A DNA stretch of 64,000 bases from Eledone cirrhosa (GCA_964016885.1 OZ024763.1:12028001-12092000), one strand, 5' to 3'; counted from the stretch's first letter, positions 14,493-26,696 are shown. Made by a program: numbers and translations. Notes: a model not told the origin generated them from the letters alone.

Positions 14493-14538
<46 letters not shown>

Positions 14539-14612
14539 ATATATATATATTATGAAATACTGTGTGCTTCTTGCTCATAATAATTTCTATACTTTTCATT
14601 TATATATATATA

Positions 14613-14787
14613 TAGGAAAAAGTATGACCCCGACGGCAGAGCTCAAACCGTTTCGATGGCTATTTCTGAGTCCAGAAATAGCCGTCGAAACGGGGTCATA
14701 TTTTTTCCTATTACCCACTCTACTACCCTAAGTATTGAGTACCCTGCTGCGTTATGGTCCATCTGGTTCCTTACCCCAACTCCTTCG

Positions 14788-14790
<3 letters not shown>
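14613..14790 (+). mobile_element. Family A fold-back mini-element, copy 3 (stem III deleted in right arm)
   Basis: (TA)n-TAGGAAAAAGTATGACCCCG...hairpin...CGGGGTCATATTTTTTCCTA, tail ending CCTTCGT(TA)n. Confidence 0.85.
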
Positions 14791-14836
<46 letters not shown>

Positions 14837-15374
14837 GTAGGAGGTGAGTTTTATTGTAGAACAATAAAGCAATGCAAATATCGGGTAAGTAGCACTCATT
14901 GGGGGGGGGGGGGGGGGCGGAGATCTTGCTGATGGTGTTGATATTGTTGTTAGTGTTGCCAGTGAAATCATATAGAAATATGATTTCAAAAACAAATATC
15001 GTCCCAGGATGATATTTGTTTTTGAAATGCACATAATAAAATACATGGAACTCTTTTAACCATCTTTTAATTTCTCCTTATATATATATATATATATATA
15101 TTGTTATACTTGGGGAGGGTCATATTGTTATAATATTGCCAGAAATAATAACAGAACACACTCACTGTATCTTTTATATCTCCACAGTTAATTCACCCGG
15201 TCCCTCAATGTTTATCATTGACTGACCAATGGTCAAAAATACAGATATAAACACATATATATAGTCTAACATATATATATATATATATATATGTCTGTTT
15301 GTACATCTGTGTGTCTGTTTGTGTCTCTATCTCCCAGTGTATGTATCTGTCGCTATCTACATATATATATATAT

Positions 15375-15650
15375 GTAGAGGTTATATTTAATTTGTTGGG
15401 ATACAACAAGCAAAATATTTTTATAACTGGTATAAAGCACTCAACAAATTATTGGAGTAAATATACAATATATTAACAAATGGAAACTATATTTATAAAA
15501 CCATATTTATTTCATTATACATATTTCAAGGACACCAAGTTAAATTATGGTGTGCTTTCATCAGACAAAATATAATATAGAGCAGTTTTATAAATAAATA
15601 TTGACATACCCTTAAAAAATGCAACCATTCCTGTTGGAAGCTCCCGGATA
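15375..15650 (-). mobile_element. Family D hammerhead-bearing element between (TA)n tracts
   Basis: colinear homology with 46480-46745 across ~220 bp; contains hammerhead. Confidence 0.7.
15489..15596 (-). ncRNA. Type I minimal hammerhead ribozyme motif
   Basis: minus strand: TATTTTGT-CTGATGA-AAGCACACCA..TGGTGTCCTT-GAAA-TATGTA-TA-ATGAAATA; distal stem I extension TATTTATAAAAC/GTTTTATAAATA. Confidence 0.7.
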
Positions 15651-15880
15651 TATATATATGTCTGTCTCTCTATATAACTCACTCTCTATATACACCTCTG
15701 TCTATCCGTCAGTGGTTAATAAAATAAAGAACTAGTCAAGAATTTGTTCAGGAACAGTAAAGAAGAAAGAGCTTTATATCTATAGCTCACCGCAGTGAGC
15801 TATAGATATATCTGCTTTAGAACAGATCTATATATCTGCTTTAGAACAGATCAGGTTTCGGTAGATCTTCATGAATTAAG

Positions 15881-16035
15881 AGAGGCCCTGGGTCAAGTAT
15901 GGAACAGTAATGTATCCATTGACTGAAGCAAGGGGCAGCCCTGGGTCAAGTATGGAACAGTAATGTATCTATTGACTGAGGCAAGAGGCAGCCCTGGGTC
16001 AAGTGTGGAACTAATGTATCTATTGACTGAGGCAA
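15881..16035. repeat. 53-bp tandem repeat (3 copies)
   Basis: GCCCTGGGTCAAGTATGGAACAGTAATGTATC.ATTGACTGA.GCAAG period 53. Confidence 0.85.
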
Positions 16036-16154
16036 AGACCTATAAAATTATCAACCTGCTTTTCAAGATCATGGCTGAAGCAGAATGTCAGTCAGTAATA
16101 ATATATACAGCACCTGCTTGTCAACTTGTGTGTGTGTGTATGTATGTATGTATG

Positions 16155-16217
<63 letters not shown>

Positions 16218-16437
16218 ATACTTTGGGAGGGTCATGCTGCCAATAAAAACACAGGCACCTGTTGGTTTTCACTTCAATTTATTACAAATTTCCGGTTGGT
16301 TGCTTTAATAACAGGATGGTTGTTTATTTATTGCCTAAGCTCTTTGTCACACTTTCTGTGACCTCCTCAGTGACTGATTTGTTATTTTATCTCTCTCCTT
16401 TGTTCTGTCCTACACCATCTTGTTTGTGTGTGTGTGT

Positions 16438-16675
16438 CATCATCATCATCATCATCATCATCATTTTACGTCTGCTTTTCCCTGCTTGCATTCAGCACAG
16501 CATCTCTCCACTTGTCACGGTCCTTCGTCATCTCCACCGTGAGCTTCAGCAATCTGAGGTCTCTTCTCACCACCTCCGCCCATGTTTTTCGTGGTCTACC
16601 TCTACCACGTCTTCCTTCAACTGGCATTTCCTGGCACTTCTTCACCCATCGGTCATCCTCCATGTGCATCACATG
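16438..16675 (-). mobile_element. RTE-clade LINE 3' end with (GAT)n tail
   Basis: translates ..EDDRWVKKCQEMPVEGRRGRGRPRKTWAEVVRRDL..DRDKWR, typical RTE ORF C-terminus. Confidence 0.85.
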
Positions 16676-16677
16676 TG

Positions 16678-16709
<32 letters not shown>

Positions 16710-16712
<3 letters not shown>

Positions 16713-17175
16713 CTTGAGATCAGTATGGAAGTCGGACCTTAGTAAAGACCTGAAAATCCGCCTCTTCATTGCTGTACGGCTCTGAGACTTGGACACTGAC
16801 CAAGAAACTCACTGTATGGTGGATGGGTGCTACACGAGAATGCTGAGGATGGCTCTGAACATTAATCAGTATACACTGAGGATGAAAAACTCAGAGCTGT
16901 ATGGGAGCCTCCCAAAAGTCAGCTCAAAAGTGACACAGAGGAGACTGAGGTTAGCTGGACATGCTCACCGACATCCAGAGTTGACATTGCACTCAGTGCT
17001 CCTGTGGGAGCCCCTACATGGACACACTGGAAGAGGGAGACCAAGGTTAACGTATGTTGATGCCCTAAGGACAGACACTGGTCTGTTGGAGACGCAGGAC
17101 ATGGCAGCGATAATGAGGGACAGAGACTGCTGGAGAGAACTCGTCCATGGATCTCGGGAATTTTACCCACCCTAG
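16710..17175 (+). mobile_element. RTE-like LINE 3' ORF fragment (different family)
   Basis: DGCYTRMLRMALNI...RRLRLAGH..RHPEL..LLWEP..GRGRPRLTYVD...DRDCWR motifs of RTE-type RT C-terminal region. Confidence 0.8.
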
Positions 17176-18213
17176 AGATAGTGTGTGTGTAATAAAAGGC
17201 CGATAATTTTCTAAAAGCCAGTACAATGTGGTAAAAATATACAAAGGGCAAATGATGACAAATAAAACAATACAAAGTAATGTTTTACCCAGTGAATATT
17301 AGCATATTTCAGGGTTACGACCCACTTTTCAGATGTGAAGCTCAGTTCAGAACAAAACAAAACAAGTGATCAGAGTATTCTTCCCTAACCAGTCTGTCAG
17401 CAAAACAGATGTCATGTATTCCATGGACGGGAAGGATTCTATGAAGGAGTTGATGGAGGTGTTGTGTATTCCAGGGAGGGCTAAGGATTCAGGGGCTGAT
17501 GGAAGGGGGAAGGATTCCTTGAAGGAATTGCTGAGGAGTCAAGTATTTCACTACAACCACCACTATCACCAATAGCACCACTACAACTACCACCACCATT
17601 GCAAATACCACTACAGCCACTACAACTACCACCACCACCACTACAAATACCACTGTCGCCACTACAACTACCACCACCACTACAACTACCACCACCACCA
17701 CTACAACTACCACCACCACTACAACTACCACCACCACCACTACAACTACCACTACCACCACCTCCACCACCACTATACATGTTTACTGCTCATGGAAATT
17801 GAAAACTGCTATTTTAAATTTAAATTCTGATTAAAAAACTGAAAAAAATGTTTGATTTCATAAAATGTTTCAGTTTCTTTTATTAAATTTTGATAGAAAT
17901 TTGGTGTTCAATATCTCTCTCTCTTTCTCTCTCTTTCTTTTTTTCTTTCAATATGTCTCTCTCTGTCACTCTCACTCTCTCTTCCCCTCCATCAATATAC
18001 TTTCTCTTTCTCTCTCTCTTTCTTTCAATATCTCTCTCTCTCTATATATATATATATATTCTACCATACTATTTCATTCTAATACCATTATAAATTTTAA
18101 AGGATTGTAAATAAAACGAGTAAATCAGACAAAGTTGGAATTCCTTTTATTAATAGAATCTTCTATACACAATCATACACACCCGTGTATCTCTCTCTCT
18201 CTCTCTCTATAAT

Positions 18214-18280
<67 letters not shown>

Positions 18281-18284
<4 letters not shown>

Positions 18285-18492
18285 AAATAGTAAAAAGTAT
18301 GACCCCGACAGCTGAGCTCAAGCCGTTTCGACAGCTATTTCTGGACTAAAACAGAAATAGCCGTTGAAACGGCTTGAGCTCAGCTGTCGGGGTCATACTT
18401 TTTACTATTTCCTATTACCCATTCTATTACCCTAAGTATTGAGTACTTTGGTGCGTTATGGTCCATCTGGTTCCTTACCACAATTCCTTCGT

Positions 18493-18493
<1 letters not shown>
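18281..18493 (+). mobile_element. Family A fold-back mini-element, copy 4 (most complete)
   Basis: 63-bp arms 18281-18343/18352-18414 with 8-nt loop, ~79-bp tail, (TA)n on both sides. Confidence 0.9.
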
Positions 18494-18525
<32 letters not shown>

Positions 18526-18546
18526 GTATATATGTGTGTGTGTGTG

Positions 18547-18703
18547 TGTGGTTGGTGTTAGGAAGGGTAGAAAACCTGCCAGACAGCCCTATACGAGCGA
18601 GACATGGTCACCCGACCAATCTTGCCTCAAGTGGGACAATTCCCGTCTAAACCCATGCTAGCGTGGAAGATAGCCGTTAAACGATGATGATGATGATGAT
18701 GAT
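18547..18703 (+). mobile_element. SINE 3' fragment with (GAT)n tail
   Basis: homologous to 27240-27404 and reverse complement of 1359-1520. Confidence 0.7.
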
Positions 18704-18722
18704 ACATATATATATATTTATA

Positions 18723-18875
18723 TCATCATCATCATCATACGTCCGCTCTTCCCTGCTCGCAAGGGTGGGACGGGTCTTATTCAGCACAGCATCTCTCCAC
18801 TCGTCACGGTCCCTCGTCATCTCCACCGTGAGCTTCAATGATCTGAGGTCTGTTCTCACCACCTCCACCCATGTT
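18723..18875 (-). mobile_element. RTE-clade LINE extreme 3' end
   Basis: [39 protein letters not shown], then (GAT)n; same family as 16438 and 30647. Confidence 0.85.
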
Positions 18876-18877
18876 TT

Positions 18878-19395
<518 letters not shown>

Positions 19396-19689
19396 GTTTC
19401 TTTATCTCTCGTTCTATATCTCTGTCAATATCCCGATCTCTGTCTCTTCGTCTTCCTCTCTGTCATACTCACACACACTAATACACACACAAACACACAC
19501 TAATACACACACAAACACACACTAATACACACACACACACACATACATACATACATACATACATACATACATACATACATACACAGTTATTGTATTGTGA
19601 AACCAATAAGGAACCATATTGATGTTTTATTAATTTTATATTTCAAAAACAGAATGTGTGTGGGGGGGGGGGGGGGCATGGGGGAATGT

Positions 19690-20085
19690 GTGTGTAGATG
19701 TGTGTGTATAAATATGTAGGGATGTGTGTGTATAAATATGTAGGGATGTGTGTGTATAAATATGTATATGTAGGGATGTGTGTGTATAAATATGTAGGGA
19801 TGTGTGTGTATAAATATGTAGGGATGTGTGTGTATATAAATATGTATATGTAGGGATGTGTGTGTATAAATATGTAGGGATGTGTGTGTATAAATATATA
19901 GGGATGTGTGTGTATAAATATATGTATATGTAGGGATGTGTGTGTATATAAATATGTATATGTAGGGATGTGTGTGTATAAATATGTATATGTAGGGATG
20001 TGTGTGTATAAATATGTAGGGATGTGTGTGTATAAATATGTAGGGATGTGTGTGTATATAAATATGTATATGTAGGGATGTGTGA
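19690..20085. repeat. 24-32-bp minisatellite
   Basis: GTAGGGATGTGTGTGTATAAATAT units. Confidence 0.9.
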
Positions 20086-20269
20086 GGTATTTTTGTGGTA
20101 GTAGTAGTGGACTGATTGACCATGAAATTACCTTACTACTACTACTACTACTACCCACCTCCTACTACTATTACTACCCACCACCTACTACTACTACTAC
20201 TCAATATAAGCTTTTATTAGCTAACAGTTGTCTCTCCCCCATCCAATTTTCTCTCTATCAATCTCTCTA

Positions 20270-20605
20270 TTTCTCCCTCTCTAACCCCCTCCCTCCCTCT
20301 CCCCTTTCTAACCCCCTCCTTCTCCCCTTTCTAACCCCCTCCCTCTCCCCTTTCTAACCCCCTCCTTCTCCCCTTTCTAACCCCCTCCTTCCCTCTCCCC
20401 TTTCTAACTCTCTCCCCTTTCTAACCCCCTCCTTCTCCCCTTTCTAACCCCCTCCCTCTCCCCTTTCTAACCCCCTCCTTCCCTCTCCCCTTTTAACCCC
20501 CTCCCTCCCTCTCCCATTTCTAACCCCCTCCCTTCCTCTCCCCTTTCTACCCCCCCCCCCCCTTCCTCTCCCCTTTCTAACCCCCTCCCCTCCTCTCCCC
20601 TTTCT
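20270..20605. repeat. C-rich minisatellite
   Basis: CTAACCCCCTCCCTCTCCCCTTT units. Confidence 0.9.
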
Positions 20606-21230
20606 TGTTCCCTCTCCTCTCCCTCTCACTTTCACTCCCTCTCCTCTCCTTCTCTGTCTCTTCCGTTTCCTCAAATAAACGTTTTTCAAGTCCACTGTGT
20701 ATATCACATGACACCACATGACATCACATGACACCACAGAACCCCTGCCCCACTCCACTCTTCCTGTGTTTGAACCCTGTATCAGTAGGACCACAGCTGT
20801 TGTATAGGGGGGTTATCACATCAATACTATCTGTAGACAGCATATGGACTCTTCCAAACACATTGGCTTCTTCTACAACACACCACCACCACCCTCATGT
20901 GTCTGCTTGTGTATGTGTGGTGTGGCTGTGTGTGCTGCATGTATGTGTTGTGTGTGTGATGCATGTGCATGTGTGTGTGTCTGCCTATGTGTGTGTGTGT
21001 GGTTGTGTGTGTTTCATTTGTGTGCTGCATGTATGGATTCTGTGTGTGTCTATGTGCATGTGTGTGTCTGCCTGTGTGTGTGTCTGCCTATGTGTGTGTG
21101 GCTGAGTGTGTGTGGCTGAGTGTGTCTATGTGTGTATGACTGAGTGTGTGTGTATGTCTGGCTGTGTGTGTCTATGTGCATGTGTGTCAGAGCGAGAGAG
21201 GGGAGGGGGGGGGGGTGCTGACACGTTTAA

Positions 21231-21440
21231 CCCTTTGGACACCAAACCACCTGAAACCAGACTCGTTAAAGTGTTTATAATTATCTGAACACCTTCCATC
21301 ATAATGTTATGTAGGAACCTTTGTTAAGTTATGTTCCAAACACCATCTTAATACATGATTATATATTTGTCTTTTGTTATGTTTACACAAACCGTTTACA
21401 CAAGAAATTAAATAAAACCATTCCTAGTTATACAAAAATA
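21231..21440 (+). mobile_element. piggyBac-type MITE-2, 5' half
   Basis: TTAA-CCCTTTGGACACCAAACCACCTGAAACCA homologous to 52752 onward. Confidence 0.55.
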
Positions 21441-21451
21441 AACTGTTTTAA

Positions 21452-21790
21452 CCCTTTAGCACTTAAGCTGGCCATATCCGGCCTGAATTCTCTCACCTAT
21501 TTCTATTCAAACCAGCTGTAACCGGCTGCTCATACTTATGCTAAGGTATTGTTCTCTAAATAAATAATATCAAAATCTCATAGATTCAATATTATGAGAT
21601 AATTATGTAAAGTAAAGCCTTTACTGTGAAAATACAATAGTAAATATAGAGTAATGTAAATGTTATGTGAGGTAAAGCCTTTACTGTGAAAATACAATAG
21701 TAAATATAGAGTAATGTAAATGTTATGTGAGGTAAAGCCTTTACTGTGAAAATACAATAGTAAATATAGAGTAATGTAAATGGTAAAGGG
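21452..21790 (-). mobile_element. Complete piggyBac-type MITE-1 (3 internal 60-bp units)
   Basis: TTAA|CCCTTTAGCACTTA ... TAAATGGTAAAGGG|TTAA: TTAA target duplication and ~14-bp imperfect TIRs with CCC/GGG ends. Confidence 0.85.
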
Positions 21791-21879
21791 TTAAATTATT
21801 TATATTTATTTAAAATCCTTGTATCATATTATGATATTGTTTTTCTAGGAAGATATATGTAACTGCATTTATTTTAGGA

Positions 21880-22222
21880 ATTATTAAACCCAGGCTCTTA
21901 TATCACAGCTATATTTCCCAGTGTGTTTCATTGAATTATAGTAATTATTTTTAATCCAACCATCGTCCTTCTAAAGACCTTCTAAAATATACAAAATTGT
22001 AATATTATTAAACCCAGGAAGGTCGGGTGCAGTTGCTAGTTTTCAGTTTATTTAAAAATTGTATGTTTGCTCTTATATGACAGCTTGCTATATTTCCCAG
22101 TGTACTTCATTAAATTATAATAATTATTTTTTGCTATAAAGTCCTCCTAAAACATACAAAACTGTATATATTTTAGATATTAATAAACCCAGGCAAGGCC
22201 GGGTGCAGTTGCTAGTTTTCAG

Positions 22223-22269
<47 letters not shown>

Positions 22270-22330
22270 TTAAAATGTACAGTTCTTATATGACAACTAT
22301 ATTTCCCAGTGTACTTCATTGAATTATATA
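21880..22330 (+). mobile_element. Tandem Helitron-like 3' termini (~175-bp degenerate unit)
   Basis: ACCCAGG(C)AAGG(T/C)CGGGTGCAGTTGCTAGT twice (CTAG at 22036-22039 and 22212-22215): GC hairpin upstream of CTAG followed by T. Confidence 0.6.
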
Positions 22331-22875
22331 TTTTTTTCTCTTTATTTTCTAGGTAAGTATCCAAGTGGAAAACATACAAAATATATACACCAGACTCTTC
22401 CTAAGTCTTGTTGGATTTCATTCTTTGCCACCTGGATATATTACATCTTGGAAGGAGATTTTACCTGTCATCAATGATCTACCTTGCTGCTTATCAGGGA
22501 AATTTACCTGGCTGCTTTTATATATATATGTATGTGTGTATATGTGTATGTATGTGTGCGTGTGTGTATGTGTGCGTGTATATATATATATATGCACACA
22601 AACACAAATACACACACACACACATATATATAATACACAAGCACACACACAAATATATATATTGTACAGGTTTGACAGAAATGTCTTTCTATCTCTTTTT
22701 GATGTCTCAATTCACTTCACTTGACCTTTGAGGTCAAGTAGTAAAACACCAGTTTTTTTTTTATTTTGACAGTCACAATCTTTAATCTTTAACCCTTAAT
22801 GATATGTTTTTTAATTGATATCAGTAAATTGTTTAGTTTATTTTTTAAAAAAGAAGAAAAAATCCCCAGAATAAC

Positions 22876-23185
22876 ATTGTGTCAAGTTTATCTGTCTTAA
22901 TTAATACTCTATATTGTGTCAAGTTTACCTGTCTTAATTAATACTCTATATTGTGTCAAGTTTACCTGTCTTAATTAATACTCTATATTGTGTCAAGTTT
23001 ACCTGTCTTAATTAATACTCTATATTGTGTCAAGTTTACCTGTCTTAATTAATACTCTATATTGTGTCAAGTTTACCTGTCTTAATTAATACTCTATATT
23101 GTGTCAAGTTTACCTGTCTTAATACTCTATATTGTGTAAAGTCTACCTGTCTTAATTAATAGTCTATATTGTGTAAAGTTTACCT
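22876..23185. repeat. 37-bp minisatellite (~8 copies)
   Basis: ATTGTGTCAAGTTTACCTGTCTTAATTAATACTCTAT. Confidence 0.95.
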
Positions 23186-24451
23186 GGACATTTACAGTTG
23201 AATGTGTTGTCTACCTGGACATTTACAGTTGAGTGTGTGGTCTACCTGGATATTTACAGTTGAGTGTGTTGTCTACCTCACCATTTACAGTTGAGTGTGT
23301 TGTCTATCTGGATATTTACAGTTGAGTGTGTGATCTACCTGGATATTTACAGTTGAGTGTGTTGTCTACCTGGATATTTACAGTTGAGTGTGTGGTCTAC
23401 CTGGATATTTACAGTTGAATGTGTTGTCTACCTCACCATTTACAGTTGAGTGTGTTGTCTACCTGGATATTTACAGTTGAGTGTGTGATCTACCTGGATA
23501 TTTACAGTTGAGTGTGTTGTCTACCTGGACATTTACAGTTGAGTGTGTGGTCTACCTGGATATTTACAGTTGAGTGTGTTGTCTACCTGGATATTTACAG
23601 TTGAGTGTGTGGTCTACCTGGATATTTACAGTTGAGTGTGTTGTCTACCTCACCATTTACAGTTGAATGTGTTGTCTACCTCACCATTTACAGTTGAGTG
23701 TGTTGTCTATCTGGATATTTACAGTTGAGTGTGTGATCTACCTGGATATTTACAGTTGAGTGTGTTGTCTACCTGGACATTTACAGTTGAGTGTGTGGTC
23801 TACCTCACCATTTACAGTTGAGTGTGTTGTCTACCTGGATATTTACAGTTGAGTGTGTTGTCTACCTGGATATTTACAGTTGAGTGTGTGGTCTATCTGG
23901 ATATTTACAGTTGAGTGTGTTGTCTACCTCACCATTTACAGTTGAATGTGTTGTCTACCTGACCATTTACAGTTGAGTGTGTTGTCTACCTGGATATTTA
24001 CAGTTGAGTGTGTGGTCTACCTGGATATTTACAGTTGAGTGTGTTGTCTACCTCACCATTTACAGTTGAATGTGTTGTCTACCTGACCATTTACAGTTGA
24101 GTGTGTTGTCTACCTGGATATTTACAGTTGAGTGTGTGGTCTACCTGGATATTTACAGTTGAGTGTGTGGTCTACCTGGATATTTACAGTTGAGTGTGTT
24201 GTCTACCTCACCATTTACAGTTGAATGTGTTGTCTACCTGACCATTTACAGTTGAGTGTGTTGTCTACCTGGATATTTACAGTTGAGTGTGTGGTCTACC
24301 TGGATATTTACAGTTGAGTGTGTTGTCTACCTCACCATTTACAGTTGAATGTGTTGTCTACCTGACCATTTACAGTTGAGTGTGTTGTCTACCTGGATAT
24401 TTACAGTTGAGTGTGTTGTCTACCTGGACATTTACAGTTGAATGTGTTGTC
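23180..24451. repeat. 31-bp minisatellite (~41 copies)
   Basis: TCTACCTGGATATTTACAGTTGAGTGTGTTG with CTCACC variant. Confidence 0.95.
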
Positions 24452-24854
24452 AATCACAGTGGACAAGTCAGGTCATTATACAGTGTAGACTAGAGAGACT
24501 GTGATAGTCCACACATTAAAATAGCTCCCCATTTTGTGTATTTCGCCTTTCTTTATATTATAGTTTTTATTTTGTTCCATCCAGGTTTGAACTTAAGCAA
24601 TTTTCCCATTGTTTCATTTTCCTTATGTTGGATTAACATCTCACCATATTTGGAAGTATACACAGACATGTACATAATCTTAGACTTAGAAGCTCCTGCA
24701 TCTTAGGACACATGAAGCAGTCAAACTGCTCCAATGACCACGGTCAGTTTCTAAAAAAAAAAGCCTAAAGCCTGTCTTAAGCCAGAGGGCTCGTTTGGCC
24801 AGTTACATGGAATAAAACGACAGAGTACAAGAGAGGGAGAATATCTATATCACA

Positions 24855-24905
24855 TGGCCACCAGGGCCAGCAGATCTCAAATTGATGGCTTTTTCTTGGA
24901 TCTGG
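24855..24905 (+). mobile_element. Tc1/mariner transposase fragment (degenerate)
   Basis: translates WPPGPADLKLMAFSW, resembling the WPPxSPDLNPxDFxxW motif. Confidence 0.4.
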
Positions 24906-25539
24906 TTTTTATTGAACAGTCATGGAATGTGTTGTGAGTGTGTGTGTGTACATGTATTTGTATGTGTGTATAATGTTAGATATTTTCTGATAAATCTTTA
25001 GATGTTAAAATTCAATATACCCAAGACAGGAGGACAGCGCCCCCTCCAAGAGTTAAGGGCACTTTACCATGTCTATTTCTCTATGTTTATATTCCACCCC
25101 ACCCTACATCAAACCACAATGTTACTACCCCACTCTACATCAAACCACAATGTTACTACCCCACCTACACCAAGTAACCCCTTCCCATCTCAACATGTTC
25201 ACATGAAACACCTCCCTCCATCACACCAAGATATTACTACCGCAGCCTACCCTACATCAAGTGACACCCCATCCCATCTCATAACATGTTCACCCAAACT
25301 TAGATTCCCTAGTTTTTATTGACAAAAGAAAGAAAATGTTTCTTTTATTTGTTTGACTCTGCTGCCATTAATGGAATTGGTTGTTTAACCCTGAAGAATT
25401 TAAAGTTGGCGCCACCACTGGTGGTTTCTGAAAGGTTAACACTTTGTTGGGCTGTGGATGTTGGCTACTGGCGCTGATACTGTGTGTGTGTTTACACATG
25501 CGTGAATGTGAATGTCTGTTTGTGTATATCTGTGTGTGT

Positions 25540-26005
25540 GTGTATGCGCGTGTTTTTATATGTATGTATACGTGTGTGTGTTTTTGTATGTATGTATACC
25601 TGTGTGTGTTTTTGTATGTATGTACACGTATGTGTGTTTTTGTATGTATGTATACGTGTGTGTTTTGTATGTATGTATACGTGTGTGTTTTTGTATGTAT
25701 GTATACGTGTGTGTTTTTGTATGTATGTATACCTGTGTGTGTTTTTGTATGTATGTATACCTGTGTGTGTTTTTGTATGTATGTATACCTGTGTATGTTT
25801 TTGTATGTATGTACACGTATGTGTGTTTTTGTATGTATGTATACGTGTGTTTTTGTATGTATGTATACGTGTGTGTTTTGTATGTATGTACACGTATGTG
25901 TGTTTTTGTATGTATGTATACGTGTGTGTTTTTGTATGTATGTATACGTGTGTTTTTGTATGTATGTATACATGTGTGTGTTTTTGTATGTATACGTGTG
26001 TGTGT
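25540..26005. repeat. TG/TA minisatellite
   Basis: GTGTGTGTTTTTGTATGTATGTATAC units. Confidence 0.9.
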
Positions 26006-26625
26006 ATCTGTGTAAATGTATGGGAGTGTGTATGTGTGTATAACAGTATGCAAGTGTGTGTACATGTGTGTGTATGTGTACATGTATGTGTGTGTGTGTA
26101 TGAGTGTGTAACAGTATGCAAGTGTGTGTATGTGTACATGTATGTGTGTGTGTAACCTTTTAAAACAATGGCTGGTGCCAGTGGTGAGGTGTATGTGTGT
26201 GTTAATGGAGTGAATGTGTGTGCAATGTATTACACTTCTGTGCTGGTTAGGTGTAAATGAGAAACGTGTGTGTATATATATGTGTGTGTGTGTGTGTGTA
26301 TATGTGTGTGTAACACTTTGATGTGGTTAAGCTGCCAATAAGCACACACACACACACACACCAGTTGAGTTTTACATCAATTTTATTATTAATCAGGTAA
26401 ATAATCCTTTCATTAGGTTATTTAATTTTCAAAGGTCTTTTGTCACACACACTGTGACCTTCTAATTGCTGTTGGCCCCCTGTGTCTCTTCTTTGTTGCA
26501 GTATTGTGACAGATACTCCATCTTGACTGGAGTAACTGGAACAAAATCAAATTGGCTGCAATTTTGTCCCCTCCCCCCCTCTCTCTTTTTCTCAACAGTT
26601 CCCCAGTTTTTTACCAATATATACA

Positions 26626-26692
<67 letters not shown>

Positions 26693-26696
<4 letters not shown>

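Noticed and set aside
15770-15880. 15-bp-arm hairpin and ATGAAGA..GAAAC on the minus strand
   Set aside because: Core non-canonical and no stem II; at most a decayed remnant
17295-17345. Minus-strand CTGAAAA-GTGGGTCGTAACCCT-GAAATATGC hammerhead-like motif
   Set aside because: G8 mutated and stems I and III not recoverable; not called as a ribozyme
20270-20605. Interstitial telomere (CTAACCC motifs)
   Set aside because: Isolated motifs within a C-rich minisatellite, not tandem TTAGGG
22719-22739. ACTTGACCT-TTG-AGGTCAAGT everted nuclear-receptor half sites
   Set aside because: Single short palindrome without conservation or functional evidence
23180-24451. CRISPR-like 31-37-bp repeats (also 35325-38480)
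   Set aside because: Head-to-tail units with no unique spacers, no cas genes, eukaryotic context
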